From the NCBI GenBank assembly GCA_963755915.1, contig CAVWLP010000002.1, forward strand, positions 1,440,001 through 1,504,000: 64,000 nt of DNA, read 5' to 3'. Origin of the DNA: an uncultured Phycisphaerales bacterium. GTDB taxonomy: Bacteria > Planctomycetota > Phycisphaerae > Tepidisphaerales > Tepidisphaeraceae. Numbering within the stretch: the stretch's first letter is position 1; each line of letters opens with the position of its first letter. Of the stretch, positions 1-9,990 are shown piece by piece. A program made the translations under genes and the position numbers. The notes beneath the pieces were generated by a model. It did no database searches and was not told where the DNA came from. It worked only from the letters and a program-made list of their open reading frames with translations.

Positions 1-280
1 GGGTTCCAACTTCCTTCTCGCGACTTCTAATATACAAATAGTCGCCCAATAACTGGTCCGACGCCCCTCGGAGGCGAACGCTTGAAAATACGCGCCCCAG
101 CCGCCGATGTCCACAATAAACCACCGGCCGATCACACCTTTGAGCATCGGCAATACTGGGTTGTACGACGGAATATCGGGCCGGGTTGTGGCAAATTCCC
201 CGCCACCGACGACTCATTTAACAGCCGATAGCCCGCGCAATCCCGGCAAACCGAACGATAACTTCTTTCCGAATAAATGA

Positions 281-661
281 TTATCGATAGCCGAGCCGGG
301 TAAGGTCGTCCTCCCCCAGCCCGAAATGGTGCCCGATCTCATGAAGAACCGTTACCCGGACCTGCCGCAGGAGCTGCTCCCGCGAGTTACAAACGGTCTG
401 GATCGGTTCTTGAAAAATATAAATGACGTCCGGCATCGCCCCCGAATCCTCCACGCTCCGCATCGTGCGCGGCCGACCTACATAAAGCCCCAGCAGAAGC
501 CCGCCCGGACCGACATGCGCGCCGCGAAGATGCGACTCATCCGGATTGTCCCGCACTTCAATCGGTACTTCCTCCAGAAATTGCGCAAACTCCTCCGGAA
601 GTTCCGCGATCGCCTCTTCGACGAGTGCCCCGAATTGCGCTTTGCTCACGCGATATGCCAC
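281..661 (-). CDS. Minimal zincin-like metallopeptidase family protein
   Basis: 126 aa with LLGLYVG and VLHEIGHHFG (HExxH) motifs. Confidence 0.85.
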   Translation of the reverse strand: MAYRVSKAQFGALVEEAIAELPEEFAQFLEEVPIEVRDNPDESHLRGAHVGPGGLLLGLYVGRPRTMRSVEDSGAMPDVIYIFQEPIQTVCNSREQLLRQVRVTVLHEIGHHFGLGEDDLTRLGYR

Positions 662-738
662 CGCTAGAATCTCCAGCCGTTATCGTAGCGAATTTGATTC
701 AGGACGGTATTCCACTCTCCCCCCATGGAGGATTTTAG

Positions 739-1701
739 ATGCGGCTGACGTTCGCCCTTTGCCTGATGTTGTGCCTGGCGGGCTGCGGCACGCCGAGTTT
801 CCTGGTTACCCCGGTCACCGCCGACTACGGACTGGAAAAAATCGCCGTCGTTCCCGGCCCCAAAGCCGACAAGGTCGTCATCGTCCCCGTGGAAGGGACG
901 CTCATGGATGAGCGAAGCGACGGCCTCATCTCCGAAGGGGAAAACCCCGTCAGCCTCTTCGTCCAGCAGATGGACGAGGCAGCCAATGACGATTCCGTCA
1001 AAGCCGTTGTCCTGCGTGTCAATTCCCCCGGCGGATCCGTCACTGCCTCCGACACGATGTACGACTACCTGGTCAAATTCCGCGAAAAAACCCATAAACC
1101 CGTCGTAGTCGAGGCGATGGAGCTCGACGCCAGCGGCGCCTATTACGTCTCCTGCGGCGCCGATCGCATCGTCGCCAGCCCCACCTCCATCGTCGGCAGC
1201 ATCGGCGTGATTTTCGAGGCGGTCAACCTCGCCGACACCCTCGACAAGCTCGGAATCGAGGTCAATTCCATCAAGAGCGCCCCGCTGAAAGACATGGCTT
1301 CCCCCTACAAGCACCTGACGCCAGAGGCCCGCGAAATCATGCAGGGAATGGTGGATGAATATTTCGCCCGCTTTCGCGATGTAGTTACCAAGAGCCGGGG
1401 CATCAAGGACCCGGCCACCATCGCCCTGGTCACTGATGGCCGCGTCTTCAGCGGCGACCGTGCTGTAACGCTGGGCCTGGCCGACCAGACCGGCCGCCTC
1501 GACGACGCAATCGCCCTGGCCCGCCAACTGGCCGGCGTGGGGGATGGAGAGGTGATGATGTACCGCCGGCCCTATGGATATACCGGCTCCATCTACGCCG
1601 ATTTCCCAGGGCCCACTCCCAAGGCCAGCAACGAGATGACGCTGAAACTTCCCATGACCGATTGGTTGCCCAGCGGGTTCTATTATCTGTGGCAGCCGTA
1701 A
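739..1701 (+). CDS. sppA: Signal peptide peptidase SppA (S49 family), probable lipoprotein
   Basis: VLRVNSPGGS, ASGAYYVS, IVGSIGV and DGRVFSG motifs; LAGC lipobox; GGAGG upstream. Confidence 0.9.
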   Translation: MRLTFALCLMLCLAGCGTPSFLVTPVTADYGLEKIAVVPGPKADKVVIVPVEGTLMDERSDGLISEGENPVSLFVQQMDEAANDDSVKAVVLRVNSPGGSVTASDTMYDYLVKFREKTHKPVVVEAMELDASGAYYVSCGADRIVASPTSIVGSIGVIFEAVNLADTLDKLGIEVNSIKSAPLKDMASPYKHLTPEAREIMQGMVDEYFARFRDVVTKSRGIKDPATIALVTDGRVFSGDRAVTLGLADQTGRLDDAIALARQLAGVGDGEVMMYRRPYGYTGSIYADFPGPTPKASNEMTLKLPMTDWLPSGFYYLWQP

Positions 1702-1734
1702 TTTCGATCTCCCCCAGCCAGGGTCCAGCCGGAA

Positions 1735-2739
1735 ATGATTCAAATCACCTGCACAAGCTGCAAAAGGGTGCTGAGCATCGACGATGCCTTCGCCGGCGGT
1801 GTCTGCAGGTGCCAGCACTGCGGCACGATCCAGACCGTCCCCGCCAAAGGCTCCGCGCAAAAGGCCGCCAGCGGCGCCCTCAAGGGCTCCAAAACCCTGT
1901 TCGAGAACAAAGCCCGCAGCGCCGGCGTCGGCAGCGGAAGCGGATTGGAAGACCTCGCGGATGTCCTCCAAAGCAGCGGCCTTTCCAATTCCGATCTCCG
2001 CAAGTCCCCGCGCAAGCCTCCCGCGCCGCCTGCGAAAAATCTGACGCCGGTGCTGGGAATCGCCGTCGCCGTCATCCTGATTCTTCTCGTCGTGGTCCTC
2101 TTTTTAGTTTTCCGCGGTTCCTCCACTTCCGCCGCCAATTCCCCTCCGCCCGGCCAAAGCATCGTCGGAAATAATCCTCTGCCAAACGTCCAGAATCCCC
2201 CACCCGCCGCACCCGTTGCCGCCTCCTTCTGCGGGATACCGATCGATCAATCCGTCGTCGTCTACGTCATCGACAACGGCTCCAGCTCCGCCGATGTGCT
2301 GGATGAAATCAAATCGGCCCTATTTAAATCCATCGATTCGCTGGGCTCCGACCGGCAGTTCCAGATCGTTTTCTGGAACCCGGACAGTCCGGCCTATCCC
2401 AACGATCACGCGACGTTTGCGGTCAAGGACAACATTGACGCCGCCAAAAACAAATTGCAGGACGTCGGGGCCGAGGGAAGCACCGACGCGGTGGCGGCTC
2501 TGAGAGTCGCCTTCGCGAGCAATCCCGGCCAGATCTTTCTGGTAACCGCCAAGGCGGGAGACCTGGATGATTCCCTGGTGGTCGCGGCTTCGCAGCTTCG
2601 GGGATCATCCAAGGCGAAGATCGACTGCATCGCGATCAATGGCAATGTCGGGGACAAGGTGCTGGCGAATGTGGCATCCGACAGCGGCGGGGTCTTCCTT
2701 CCCTTGCAGGAAGGGCAGCTTAAGGGGTTTGCGTTTTGA
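1735..2739 (+). CDS. Membrane-anchored protein: N-terminal Zn ribbon, TM helix, C-terminal VWA-like domain
   Basis: CTSC..CQHC; hydrophobic helix; VVYVIDNGSS (MIDAS-like). Confidence 0.7.
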   Translation: MIQITCTSCKRVLSIDDAFAGGVCRCQHCGTIQTVPAKGSAQKAASGALKGSKTLFENKARSAGVGSGSGLEDLADVLQSSGLSNSDLRKSPRKPPAPPAKNLTPVLGIAVAVILILLVVVLFLVFRGSSTSAANSPPPGQSIVGNNPLPNVQNPPPAAPVAASFCGIPIDQSVVVYVIDNGSSSADVLDEIKSALFKSIDSLGSDRQFQIVFWNPDSPAYPNDHATFAVKDNIDAAKNKLQDVGAEGSTDAVAALRVAFASNPGQIFLVTAKAGDLDDSLVVAASQLRGSSKAKIDCIAINGNVGDKVLANVASDSGGVFLPLQEGQLKGFAF

Positions 2740-2774
2740 ATCTTTGCGGGTCTGACAGAATCGGGCGCTTTTCG

Positions 2775-4296
2775 CAATAGTGTCCGGAACGCGGGCTCAC
2801 CAATGACACAATCTTGCGCTTGCGCGAAGCAGCGTTTTGTGGTTCACTGCCGCCACGTGCACGCGGACCTTTGCCCAGCTTCTGGATTGCCCGCCAAGCC
2901 GGGACGAAAGCCGCGGCCGGCGGTGCGGGGGGAGGATTTGTTCGGCGGCAAGTACGTCGGTATTTTGCAGGATCATCTGGCCCGCCTGCGGGCGGCGCAT
3001 CCCCACCCCAATCGCACGCTTTTTTATGACGATGTGACCCTTGCCTATCTGCTGGCGTTTTTCACGCCGGCGATTCGCAGCCTGCGGACGATGGAGGATT
3101 TCAGCCAGACCGAGCAGATGCAGGAGCAGCTTTCGGTCGATCGCCTGCCGCGTTCCACGCTTTCCGATGCCAACGCCCTGTTCGATCCGACGCTGCTGGA
3201 GCCGATCATCGAGGAGTTGCGGGCGCGGCTGCCGCACCTGCGTCACGGCGATCCGAAGCTGGCGGAGTTGACCGAGCGGGTACGGGTGGTGGATGGGTCG
3301 CTGTTCACCGTTGCCGCCGACGTGGCCTGGGCGCTGCATCAAAGTCGACCCAACGGAAAGCCCATGGACACGATTCGCCTGAATCTTCAATGGGCGGCGG
3401 GCGTGGGGGTTCCCGAGGGAGTGACGATCAGCGGCGCGGGATGCTCCGAGGCGCAGGCGCTGATGCAGTCCCTGGAGCCGGGACAGATTTACGTCATGGA
3501 CCGCGGCTACGTCTGTTTCGAGCTGCTGGAGCGGATCGTACATGCCTGCAGCGATTTTGTGCTCCGGCTCAAGTCAAACAACTATTTCATTCCCATCGAA
3601 AACAATGACTTGACCCCCAAGTCCCTGCCGCTGAGCGATGAAGACCGCGCTGCCGGCATTCTCAGCGACCGGATCGGATACCTGGGCTCAGAAGGGCCAC
3701 GCTTTGCTCCTCCGGCGGGAAAATGGCTTCGGGAAGTGACGATCTTCGACCCGGACAAACCCGACAGGCCCCTGCGGCTGCTGACCAATCTTCTTAACAT
3801 TCCCGCCCATGTCATCGGTCTGCTCTACCGCTGGCGATAGAAGATCGAGCTGTTTTTCCGCTGGCTGAAAGTGCACGCCCACTTCCGCCATCTCACCAGC
3901 CACAGCAAAAACGGCGTCACCACCGGGTTCTACATCGCGGTCATCGGGGTGCTGTTGATCTATCTGCACACGCAGCGTCCGGTGAGCAAATATGCCTACG
4001 CGATGCTGAGCCTGGTCGCCGCGGGAGGGGCCACGTTGCAAGAGATTATTCCCATCCTGCAGCGCGAGAACGGGAATGCGAGCTGCAGCGTCAGCGTGTG
4101 GCACGGAAGAAGGCTGAAAAAATCGTCAAGTAAGTCACCGGGGGTTTTTGTTGTCCGGCCGCCGGTGAACGCCGCGGCATGCGCTGCAGGAGCAGCGCTG
4201 AACCTTCCACGCCGTTGCCCATCGAGGCAACGCAGCCTTTCGAGTGAAAACCCGAAAAATCCCAGCTCTAAGACGCGGAAGTCCCGGACAATATTG
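2775..4296 (+). mobile_element. IS4-family insertion sequence, copy 1
   Basis: Terminal IRs CAATAGTGTCCGGAAC / GTCCCGGACAATATTG (14/16 match); 9-bp target duplication CGCTTTTCG at 2766-2774 and 4297-4305; near-identical copy at 22467-23990. Confidence 0.95.
2887..4133 (+). CDS. IS4-family DDE transposase with in-frame TAG at 3838-3840 (start uncertain; extra 1-nt deletion near 4065 relative to copy 2)
   Basis: VVDGS, VMDRGY and YRWR*KIELFFRWLK (YREK signature). Confidence 0.85.
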
Positions 4297-4588
4297 CGCT
4301 TTTCGGAGTTTTGTTAGTGAGTGATAATATTCTGGCTGGATGTAAGGGGTTTGGGGGCTTGGGGTTAGAGGCGGGATAGGGGCTTGGGATTCAAAAACAG
4401 CCGAAAAAGCGCCCGATTTTATCGATTCTTGTTGGGCCGCGGAGGGGTGGCGGGGTACTGGTTGTATTTCAGAGTGACCGCTTGTTTTCCGCTTCTGACG
4501 CGGACACTTGCGCTGGTTAAGCGTTAGTTTGATCTACGTCAGGGGTAAATACTCGCCACCTGTTCTGCGCGTCTGTATAGTTTGCGGT

Positions 4589-5365
4589 ATGGCCAACTTT
4601 GCGACCCGGGCGACGAATGCAGTTTCTATTCCAGTGGGCCTGCCGAGCACGCCCGCAATAGCTGCTGCCGAAACGGGGAGCGGGAAACTCAGCGAGAAAA
4701 GTCTGGAGCTTACCTTTTGTTCGCAGTTTTCTGCCGAGGTTGCATTTCGTCACTTCGTGCCGTGGCCGAACAGGATCGTGTGGTTTGGACTCACGCAACT
4801 TCAGGAAAGCCAACTTGGTTTTGATGCGGTTACAAGTCTCGGCGGCTTCGCGATCATCTTCCAATTTAAGGCTTCGCAGGCTTTGACGCGGAGGCGCGGA
4901 CGACGCTTCAGGGTCGAGCATGGCCAGATGCAAACCTTGCAAGCCGCGTTTGGCCAACACCCTCACAGTTGTTTTTATGTGTTTCCAGACGTTGGGAGTA
5001 TAGATGAACTTGTGCAAGCCGGTTCAGATGTCATCGGGCACTCTTGGCTGGTGGACGTGGCAGATCTTCCCGATCCATTGCCGGCTCCGCTCAAGAGGCA
5101 TAGCACGGCGCCTCGCAAGGATAATTGTCATTTCGCGTATTTGGGAAACCCCCCGGGCAACGGTGTCGAATTTCACTCTGAACCATTTGGGGTGAATGCG
5201 AAAAAGGCGAAGGAAATCGCCAGAAGGATTGAGTTTCCCGAACGGCTTACGCGAACTGAGGATTTAATTCCTATCCTGAAGTCGTTGAATGAGCGGTTTT
5301 TGAAAAAGAGCAGGCGATTCTTTCGAAACACCGTCTTGGCAGTGCTTCCGGGACATTTCCTCTAG
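4589..5365 (+). CDS. Hypothetical protein, possible PD-(D/E)xK nuclease fold
   Basis: Long ORF with atypical codon usage; SEKSLE...GFDA...IFQFK pattern. Confidence 0.55.
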   Translation: MANFATRATNAVSIPVGLPSTPAIAAAETGSGKLSEKSLELTFCSQFSAEVAFRHFVPWPNRIVWFGLTQLQESQLGFDAVTSLGGFAIIFQFKASQALTRRRGRRFRVEHGQMQTLQAAFGQHPHSCFYVFPDVGSIDELVQAGSDVIGHSWLVDVADLPDPLPAPLKRHSTAPRKDNCHFAYLGNPPGNGVEFHSEPFGVNAKKAKEIARRIEFPERLTRTEDLIPILKSLNERFLKKSRRFFRNTVLAVLPGHFL

Positions 5366-5591
5366 GCTGAACGTGACACGACCCTTAATGTTAAGGGTCG
5401 TGTCCCCTTCATTTGGGAAAACGATGGACTCACTTCCCATTCCGACCATTCCCGAAAACGCCAAACTTCGAAATGTCAATCAATAACCACAATAATCTTC
5501 TAGTTAGCAAACACTAATGTAAATCTTCAAAACCGTCTCATTTTGTCTCATTCGTCCCACAGCCCGGAATCGATCGGGAGGAGGGGCGCTG

Positions 5592-5740
5592 CGCGAGAAA
5601 GTTGAGCAATAGAAAGTAGAACAGTAGAGAAAAGACGGCCCTCACCCCGCGCTTCGCGAGAGAGTTGAGCATTAGAAAGTAGAGCAGTAGAGAGGAAGAC
5701 GCCCTCACCCCATCCCTCTCCCGGCGTACCGGGCGAGGGG
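5592..5740. repeat. Tandem ~60-bp intergenic repeat plus REP-like palindrome
   Basis: CGCGAGARAGTTGAGCAWTAGAAAGTAGARCAGTAGAGA at 5592 and 5655, with a related copy at 34754-34805; CCCTCACCCC..CCCTCTCCCGG..CCGGGCGAGGGG at 5702-5740, with an inverted copy at 61185-61224. Confidence 0.75.
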
Positions 5741-5821
5741 GTAAGAGGGGGGGTTAAGAGGGGTGATGCGATTGCGCTGGTAAACTCGTTGGATGAGTGG
5801 CGGTTTAGAACAAGGACTGTG

Positions 5822-6547
5822 ATGAAGGTTGCGGAGCGCATGCGTTTCTATTGGGTTGGCGTAATCGTGCTTGGCCTTGTCGTTGACGCGAGCGCTTTCG
5901 GCGCGGGGGCGGCGGCGACGCAGCCGGCATCGACGGGCTCGGTTGTCCGGATCCGCGTCGATACGTCGCAGGCTCCCGATCTGGATCCGTGGGCCCGGCA
6001 AACGCTGGTTCCGGTGCTTCAAACCTGGTACCCGAAGATCGTTGCCGAGCTTCCGGTGCCGCATTACACGCCGCCGGATCATTTCGCGATTCTCTTTGAC
6101 GCCAAATACAAAGGGGTTGCGCAAACCGAGGGGACGTTCATCGTGGCTAATCCGGACTGGTTTCGATCCCAGCTTCACCGCGAAGCGGTGGGGGCGTTCG
6201 TGCATGAGGAAGTGCACGTCGTGCAGCAGCCGTTCCATGTTTTCCATGGGCGGCATATGCCAACCTGGCTGCTGGAGGGTAGCGCGGACTATATTCGATG
6301 GTTTGAGTTTGAGCCGGCGAAATTGCGGCCGCATCCTACCGGAGATGAGGCGCAGTATGATGCGAGCTACCGCGTTTCGGCGGCCTTCCTTCAATGGGTT
6401 ATTAACAATTACGACAAGGACATCGTTGCCCAAATGAACGTGGCCAATTACCAGGGGGTCTATTCGGATGAATTGTGGGTGAAATACACCGGCAAAACCG
6501 CTGCCCAGCTCGGCGCCCAGTGGAAGGCTCAGTTGGCCAGGCAATAG
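5822..6547 (+). CDS. Secreted BSP-family (basic secretory protein) metallopeptidase
   Basis: Signal peptide; VHEEVHVVQ, WLLEGSADYIRW and YDASYRVSAAFL motifs; start may instead be 5840. Confidence 0.8.
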   Translation: MKVAERMRFYWVGVIVLGLVVDASAFGAGAAATQPASTGSVVRIRVDTSQAPDLDPWARQTLVPVLQTWYPKIVAELPVPHYTPPDHFAILFDAKYKGVAQTEGTFIVANPDWFRSQLHREAVGAFVHEEVHVVQQPFHVFHGRHMPTWLLEGSADYIRWFEFEPAKLRPHPTGDEAQYDASYRVSAAFLQWVINNYDKDIVAQMNVANYQGVYSDELWVKYTGKTAAQLGAQWKAQLARQ

Positions 6548-6715
6548 ACCGGGGCAATAAACCGAGGGAATGAACCGGGCGAACAAACCCGATAGGGCGA
6601 CCAGGCGGCCGCTAACGTCCACATTCAAATTTTCAAAAAAATACGCAACGGATTCGCAAGCATCTGCCGATGAATTTGCAGAAGCGCTCACTGGGTTTTT
6701 ATCGGACGGTTGCCG

Positions 6716-7312
6716 ATGCGATCAAACCGCAAAATTGTTGTGCTGACGAGTCTTATGGCCATGCTCTCACTGGCCAGCGCTTTGCTGCTCTTTCTGGCTC
6801 CGCCGCCCCTCTCGGCCGAGGGGTTCAGCAGCCTTTCCGCCTCCGATCACGGCCCCTTCCTTGACGAAATCTTCAAAACCTCGATTCCCGCCCGCGCCCA
6901 GCGCTGGAACTATATCTTCATCCACCATTCCGGCACCTCCGGCGGCGACGCCCAGAGCCTCATCCGCCCAACCACCGGATTGTGCGATCATTTCGTCATC
7001 GGCAACGGTGACGGCTGCCAGGATGGGCAGATCGAGATGGGCCCCCGCTGGAACAAGCAGCAGGCTGCCGCCCCCTCCCCAGGCGTCGATTCCATCCAGC
7101 CCGATTGCATCAGCATCTGCCTGATCGGCGACTTTGACCACGCCATGCCCACCCCGACTCAAATCCGCCGCCTGTCCCAGCTCGTGACCACACTCCAGAC
7201 CCAGTTCCGCATCAGCGCCGACAAGATCATCATGCTCAACGACACCGCCTCCCCCTCCAGCGTCGGCCGGTATTTCCCGGTGACGGCCTTCAGGGACCAA
7301 TTGCTCCCTTAA
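6716..7312 (+). CDS. N-acetylmuramoyl-L-alanine amidase / PGRP-like protein
   Basis: WNYIFIHHS, HFVIGNG, ISICLIGDFD and PTPTQ motifs; N-terminal TM helix. Confidence 0.75.
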   Translation: MRSNRKIVVLTSLMAMLSLASALLLFLAPPPLSAEGFSSLSASDHGPFLDEIFKTSIPARAQRWNYIFIHHSGTSGGDAQSLIRPTTGLCDHFVIGNGDGCQDGQIEMGPRWNKQQAAAPSPGVDSIQPDCISICLIGDFDHAMPTPTQIRRLSQLVTTLQTQFRISADKIIMLNDTASPSSVGRYFPVTAFRDQLLP

Positions 7313-7622
7313 TGCCGATCGGCGGGTGCCAATTGCCCAATTCGAACACTATCACAATCGAGAGCTAACTAGTTTCCCCGTAAGCAATTCGGCATTTGGC
7401 ATTCGGCAATCGGCATTGCCCTCCCGCCCCATTATTCTTCTTGCTATTTATTCTGCCATTGCTTAGCCTACGATTAAGTTAATAATCAAAGCGGGTAACG
7501 TCTCGCTCCAAGGCGGTTGCTTTCATAATCCCTTGTTATCCCCAACCTTGGACTGTCTGCCGCGGCTGCACTCCCTCCTTCAGGCGCGGAAAATGACGTT
7601 ATTCGGGATGGAACTGTAGTAC

Positions 7623-8490
7623 ATGGGTCAAAAGCTCCTCCAGTATGAGGTGTTGGAGCGCTTGGGCGAAGGTGCGCGGAGCGTAATCTACGCTGTCAGC
7701 GATCCCCGGACGCGGCAGGTTTACGCGCTGAAGCACGTCTGTGCGCCGAGAAAAAGGACGCCCGTTTCATCGAGCAGGTGGAAACCGAATACGAGGTTTC
7801 CCACCAATTTACCCACCCCAACCTCCGCAAAAGCTACGAACTTAAGATCGTCCGCAACATCCTGATGCAGGCCAAGGAGGCCTTCCTGGTGATGGAGCTG
7901 GTGGATGGCCGGCCGCTCGATGTTCGCCCCCGCGCGACATGGTGGAAGTCGTCGACACGTTCATCCGCGCCGCCCAGGGCCTCAAGGCCATGCACGCCCT
8001 CGGCTACGCCCACTGCGACATCAAGCCAAACAACATTCTCCGTGCCGAGTCCGGAATGGTGAAGGTGATTGACTTCGGTCAGGCATGCAAAATCGGCACG
8101 GTGAAAGAGCGCATCCAGGGCACCCCCGACTACATCGCCCCCGAGCAGGTCGCCCGCCGGCCGATCAGCGTCCAGACCGACGTCTTTAACCTCGGGGCAA
8201 CCATCTACTGGACCGTCACCGGCACCAACATCCCCACCCTCTACACCGTCAACAAAAAAGGGGACAACAGCTTTTTGCTGGACCAGACGATTCAGACACC
8301 GGCGGAATTGAATCCCAATGTGCCGGCGGGGTTGTCGAACCTGGTGATGGAATGCGTCTCGACGCGGCCCGCGAAGAGGCCCGCGGACATGGATCAGATC
8401 ACCATGCGTCTGGAGCTCATCAAGCATATCCTGACGGCCAAGCCCACGACGCCAAGCTCGGATGATTCGACCCTTGGGCAGACCGCATAG
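7623..8490 (+). CDS. Ser/Thr protein kinase (two apparent frameshifts, likely sequencing errors)
   Basis: LGEGARSVIY, YALK, HCDIKPNN, IDFG and GTPDYIAPE motifs spread across three frames. Confidence 0.85.
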
Positions 8491-8676
8491 AGCATTTTCA
8501 TTTCAGTCGTAGCGTCTGCGTTGCTTTGGGCGAGGTCGGCCGCAAGGAAGAGCGACGAAGCGGGTTTGAATAGACCCGTTGAGGAGCGATGACGCCGCGG
8601 ACAACCTCGCCCAAAGCAACCCCGAAGGGGTCGCCGAAGGCGACGCGGACGCTACGAATGAAATGAAACTGCTCTA
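8488..8676. mobile_element. MITE-like palindromic element with TA ends
   Basis: 33-bp terminal IRs TAGAGCATTTTCATTTCAGTCGTAGCGTCTGCG / CGCGGACGCTACGAATGAAATGAAACTGCTCTA (3 mismatches); inner IR GTTGCTTTGGGCGAGGT / ACCTCGCCCAAAGCAAC. Confidence 0.75.
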
Positions 8677-8707
8677 GACTCGGGCATTTCAGAACGGGCT
8701 AAAAAGA

Positions 8708-9616
8708 ATGGATCCACCGCCTCTTCCGGCTTTATCGCCGCCTCCGTTTCCACTTCCCAGTGCGCCGCCGGCGGAGTTTGTGATTGAAGACACTCCGTGT
8801 CGGAAGTGTTCTTATAATTTGCGTACGCAGCCGGTGGCCGGAAAGTGCCCGGAGTGTGGAACGCCGGTGGCCATGTCCGTCCACGGCGATCTGCTCCGAT
8901 ATTCTGAGCCTCCGTGGGTGAAAAATCTGGGGGTCGGGGCAAAGCTTTTGCTGATCGGCATTTTTCTGGCGATCGGCTTGACCATCCTGGGCGTCGTGCT
9001 CGGGGCGATGCGAATGTTCAGCCCCGCCGGCGCCCGGGCGGTCTTCCGTTTGATCGCGCTTGGGGCGAGCGTGGTTGGGTGGGCGGGATCGTGGCTGCTG
9101 ACCGAGCGCGATCCCAGCGGCGTGGGGGAGGATCAATACGGAAACGTCCGAAAATTCATTCGCATTACGCTGCTCTTCGGGGTGGCCAGTGCGTTCGTGG
9201 AGTCTGTCTTCAGATTTACGACGATGGCGCCCGCGCTGAGCGCCGCGTTTGGCGTCGTCACCGGAGTGCTGGCCCTGATCGGCGTCGCCGGCGACTGGGC
9301 GCTGCTTCAATATCTGGCGAAGCTGGCGCTGCGGATTCCCGATCAGTCGCTTTCGCTGCAGGCGGAAACCCTGAAGGTCTGGCTGTGCGGCTCCTATGCG
9401 ATTTACCTCGTTTTCGGAATCATCCAAAGCATTATCTTCGCAACCCGCGGCGCTGCCGGCTTCGGCGGGGGAGGCATCATGGCGGTGACCTGTGGCGGGG
9501 CGATTGTGGGACTGGTGCTTTTTATACAGGTGATCAGGTTTATCGTCATGATTGACCGGTTTCGAACCGCGTTCAAGGAGCAGGCGCAAATGGCGCAGGA
9601 GATTTGGGGTAACTAA
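8708..9616 (+). CDS. Multi-pass membrane protein with N-terminal Zn ribbon
   Basis: CRKCSYNLR...CPECG followed by about 6 TM helices. Confidence 0.75.
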   Translation: MDPPPLPALSPPPFPLPSAPPAEFVIEDTPCRKCSYNLRTQPVAGKCPECGTPVAMSVHGDLLRYSEPPWVKNLGVGAKLLLIGIFLAIGLTILGVVLGAMRMFSPAGARAVFRLIALGASVVGWAGSWLLTERDPSGVGEDQYGNVRKFIRITLLFGVASAFVESVFRFTTMAPALSAAFGVVTGVLALIGVAGDWALLQYLAKLALRIPDQSLSLQAETLKVWLCGSYAIYLVFGIIQSIIFATRGAAGFGGGGIMAVTCGGAIVGLVLFIQVIRFIVMIDRFRTAFKEQAQMAQEIWGN

Positions 9617-9662
9617 AGGGGTCAGGTTCCGTTTCTGAGGAAACGGAACCTGACCCCTTTTC
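9615..9662. terminator. Perfect hairpin; bidirectional terminator or REP-like element
   Basis: AAAGGGGTCAGGTTCCGTTTC-TGAG-GAAACGGAACCTGACCCCTTT between convergent genes. Confidence 0.7.
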
Positions 9663-9683
9663 TCTGACGATTTTGCCGGTCGG

Positions 9684-9926
9684 TTAATTCAACCGCGCGG
9701 CACGTTCATCCCGCGTCTTGTTCGCCGCCCGACTGATCTGGTCGGCGGCATTGTTTGCAAGATTCGCCGCCTCATCCGCGGCCCGGTTGGCTGCATTTGC
9801 GCGTTCATCCGCGGCCCGGTTGGCTGCTTTGGTCCGTTCATCCGCGGCCTTGTTGGCGGCGTTGGTCCGTTCGTCCGCTGCCTTGTTGGCCGCATGTTTC
9901 GCGGCCTGATCTTCTGCGGGGTTCAT
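9684..9926 (-). CDS. Small hydrophilic protein built of 11-aa repeats (LEA-like)
   Basis: AANKAADERTN-type repeats (33-bp period); GGTGA upstream of ATG. Confidence 0.6.
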   Translation of the reverse strand: MNPAEDQAAKHAANKAADERTNAANKAADERTKAANRAADERANAANRAADEAANLANNAADQISRAANKTRDERAARLN

Positions 9927-9990
9927 TGTTTCACCTTTTCGTAATCGATGCCGCCATCGCCGGCGATGCGTCGAACGACAAGCCGGTTTA

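Noticed and set aside
664-1971. Long antisense/alternate-frame ORFs (also 18205-18948, 23829-25034, 29999-31081, 50229-51731, 61660-62799)
   Set aside because: Shadows of real high-GC genes, with no recognisable motifs.
3838-3840. Genome-wide TAG recoding or pyrrolysine
   Set aside because: TAG terminates ordinary genes in the window (e.g. 12603, 26768, 45428), and no pyl genes are seen.
7316-7420. GGCAATC/GGCATTC heptamer runs (also 25280-25312)
   Set aside because: Short degenerate intergenic tandem repeats after stop codons; no evidence of a specific function.
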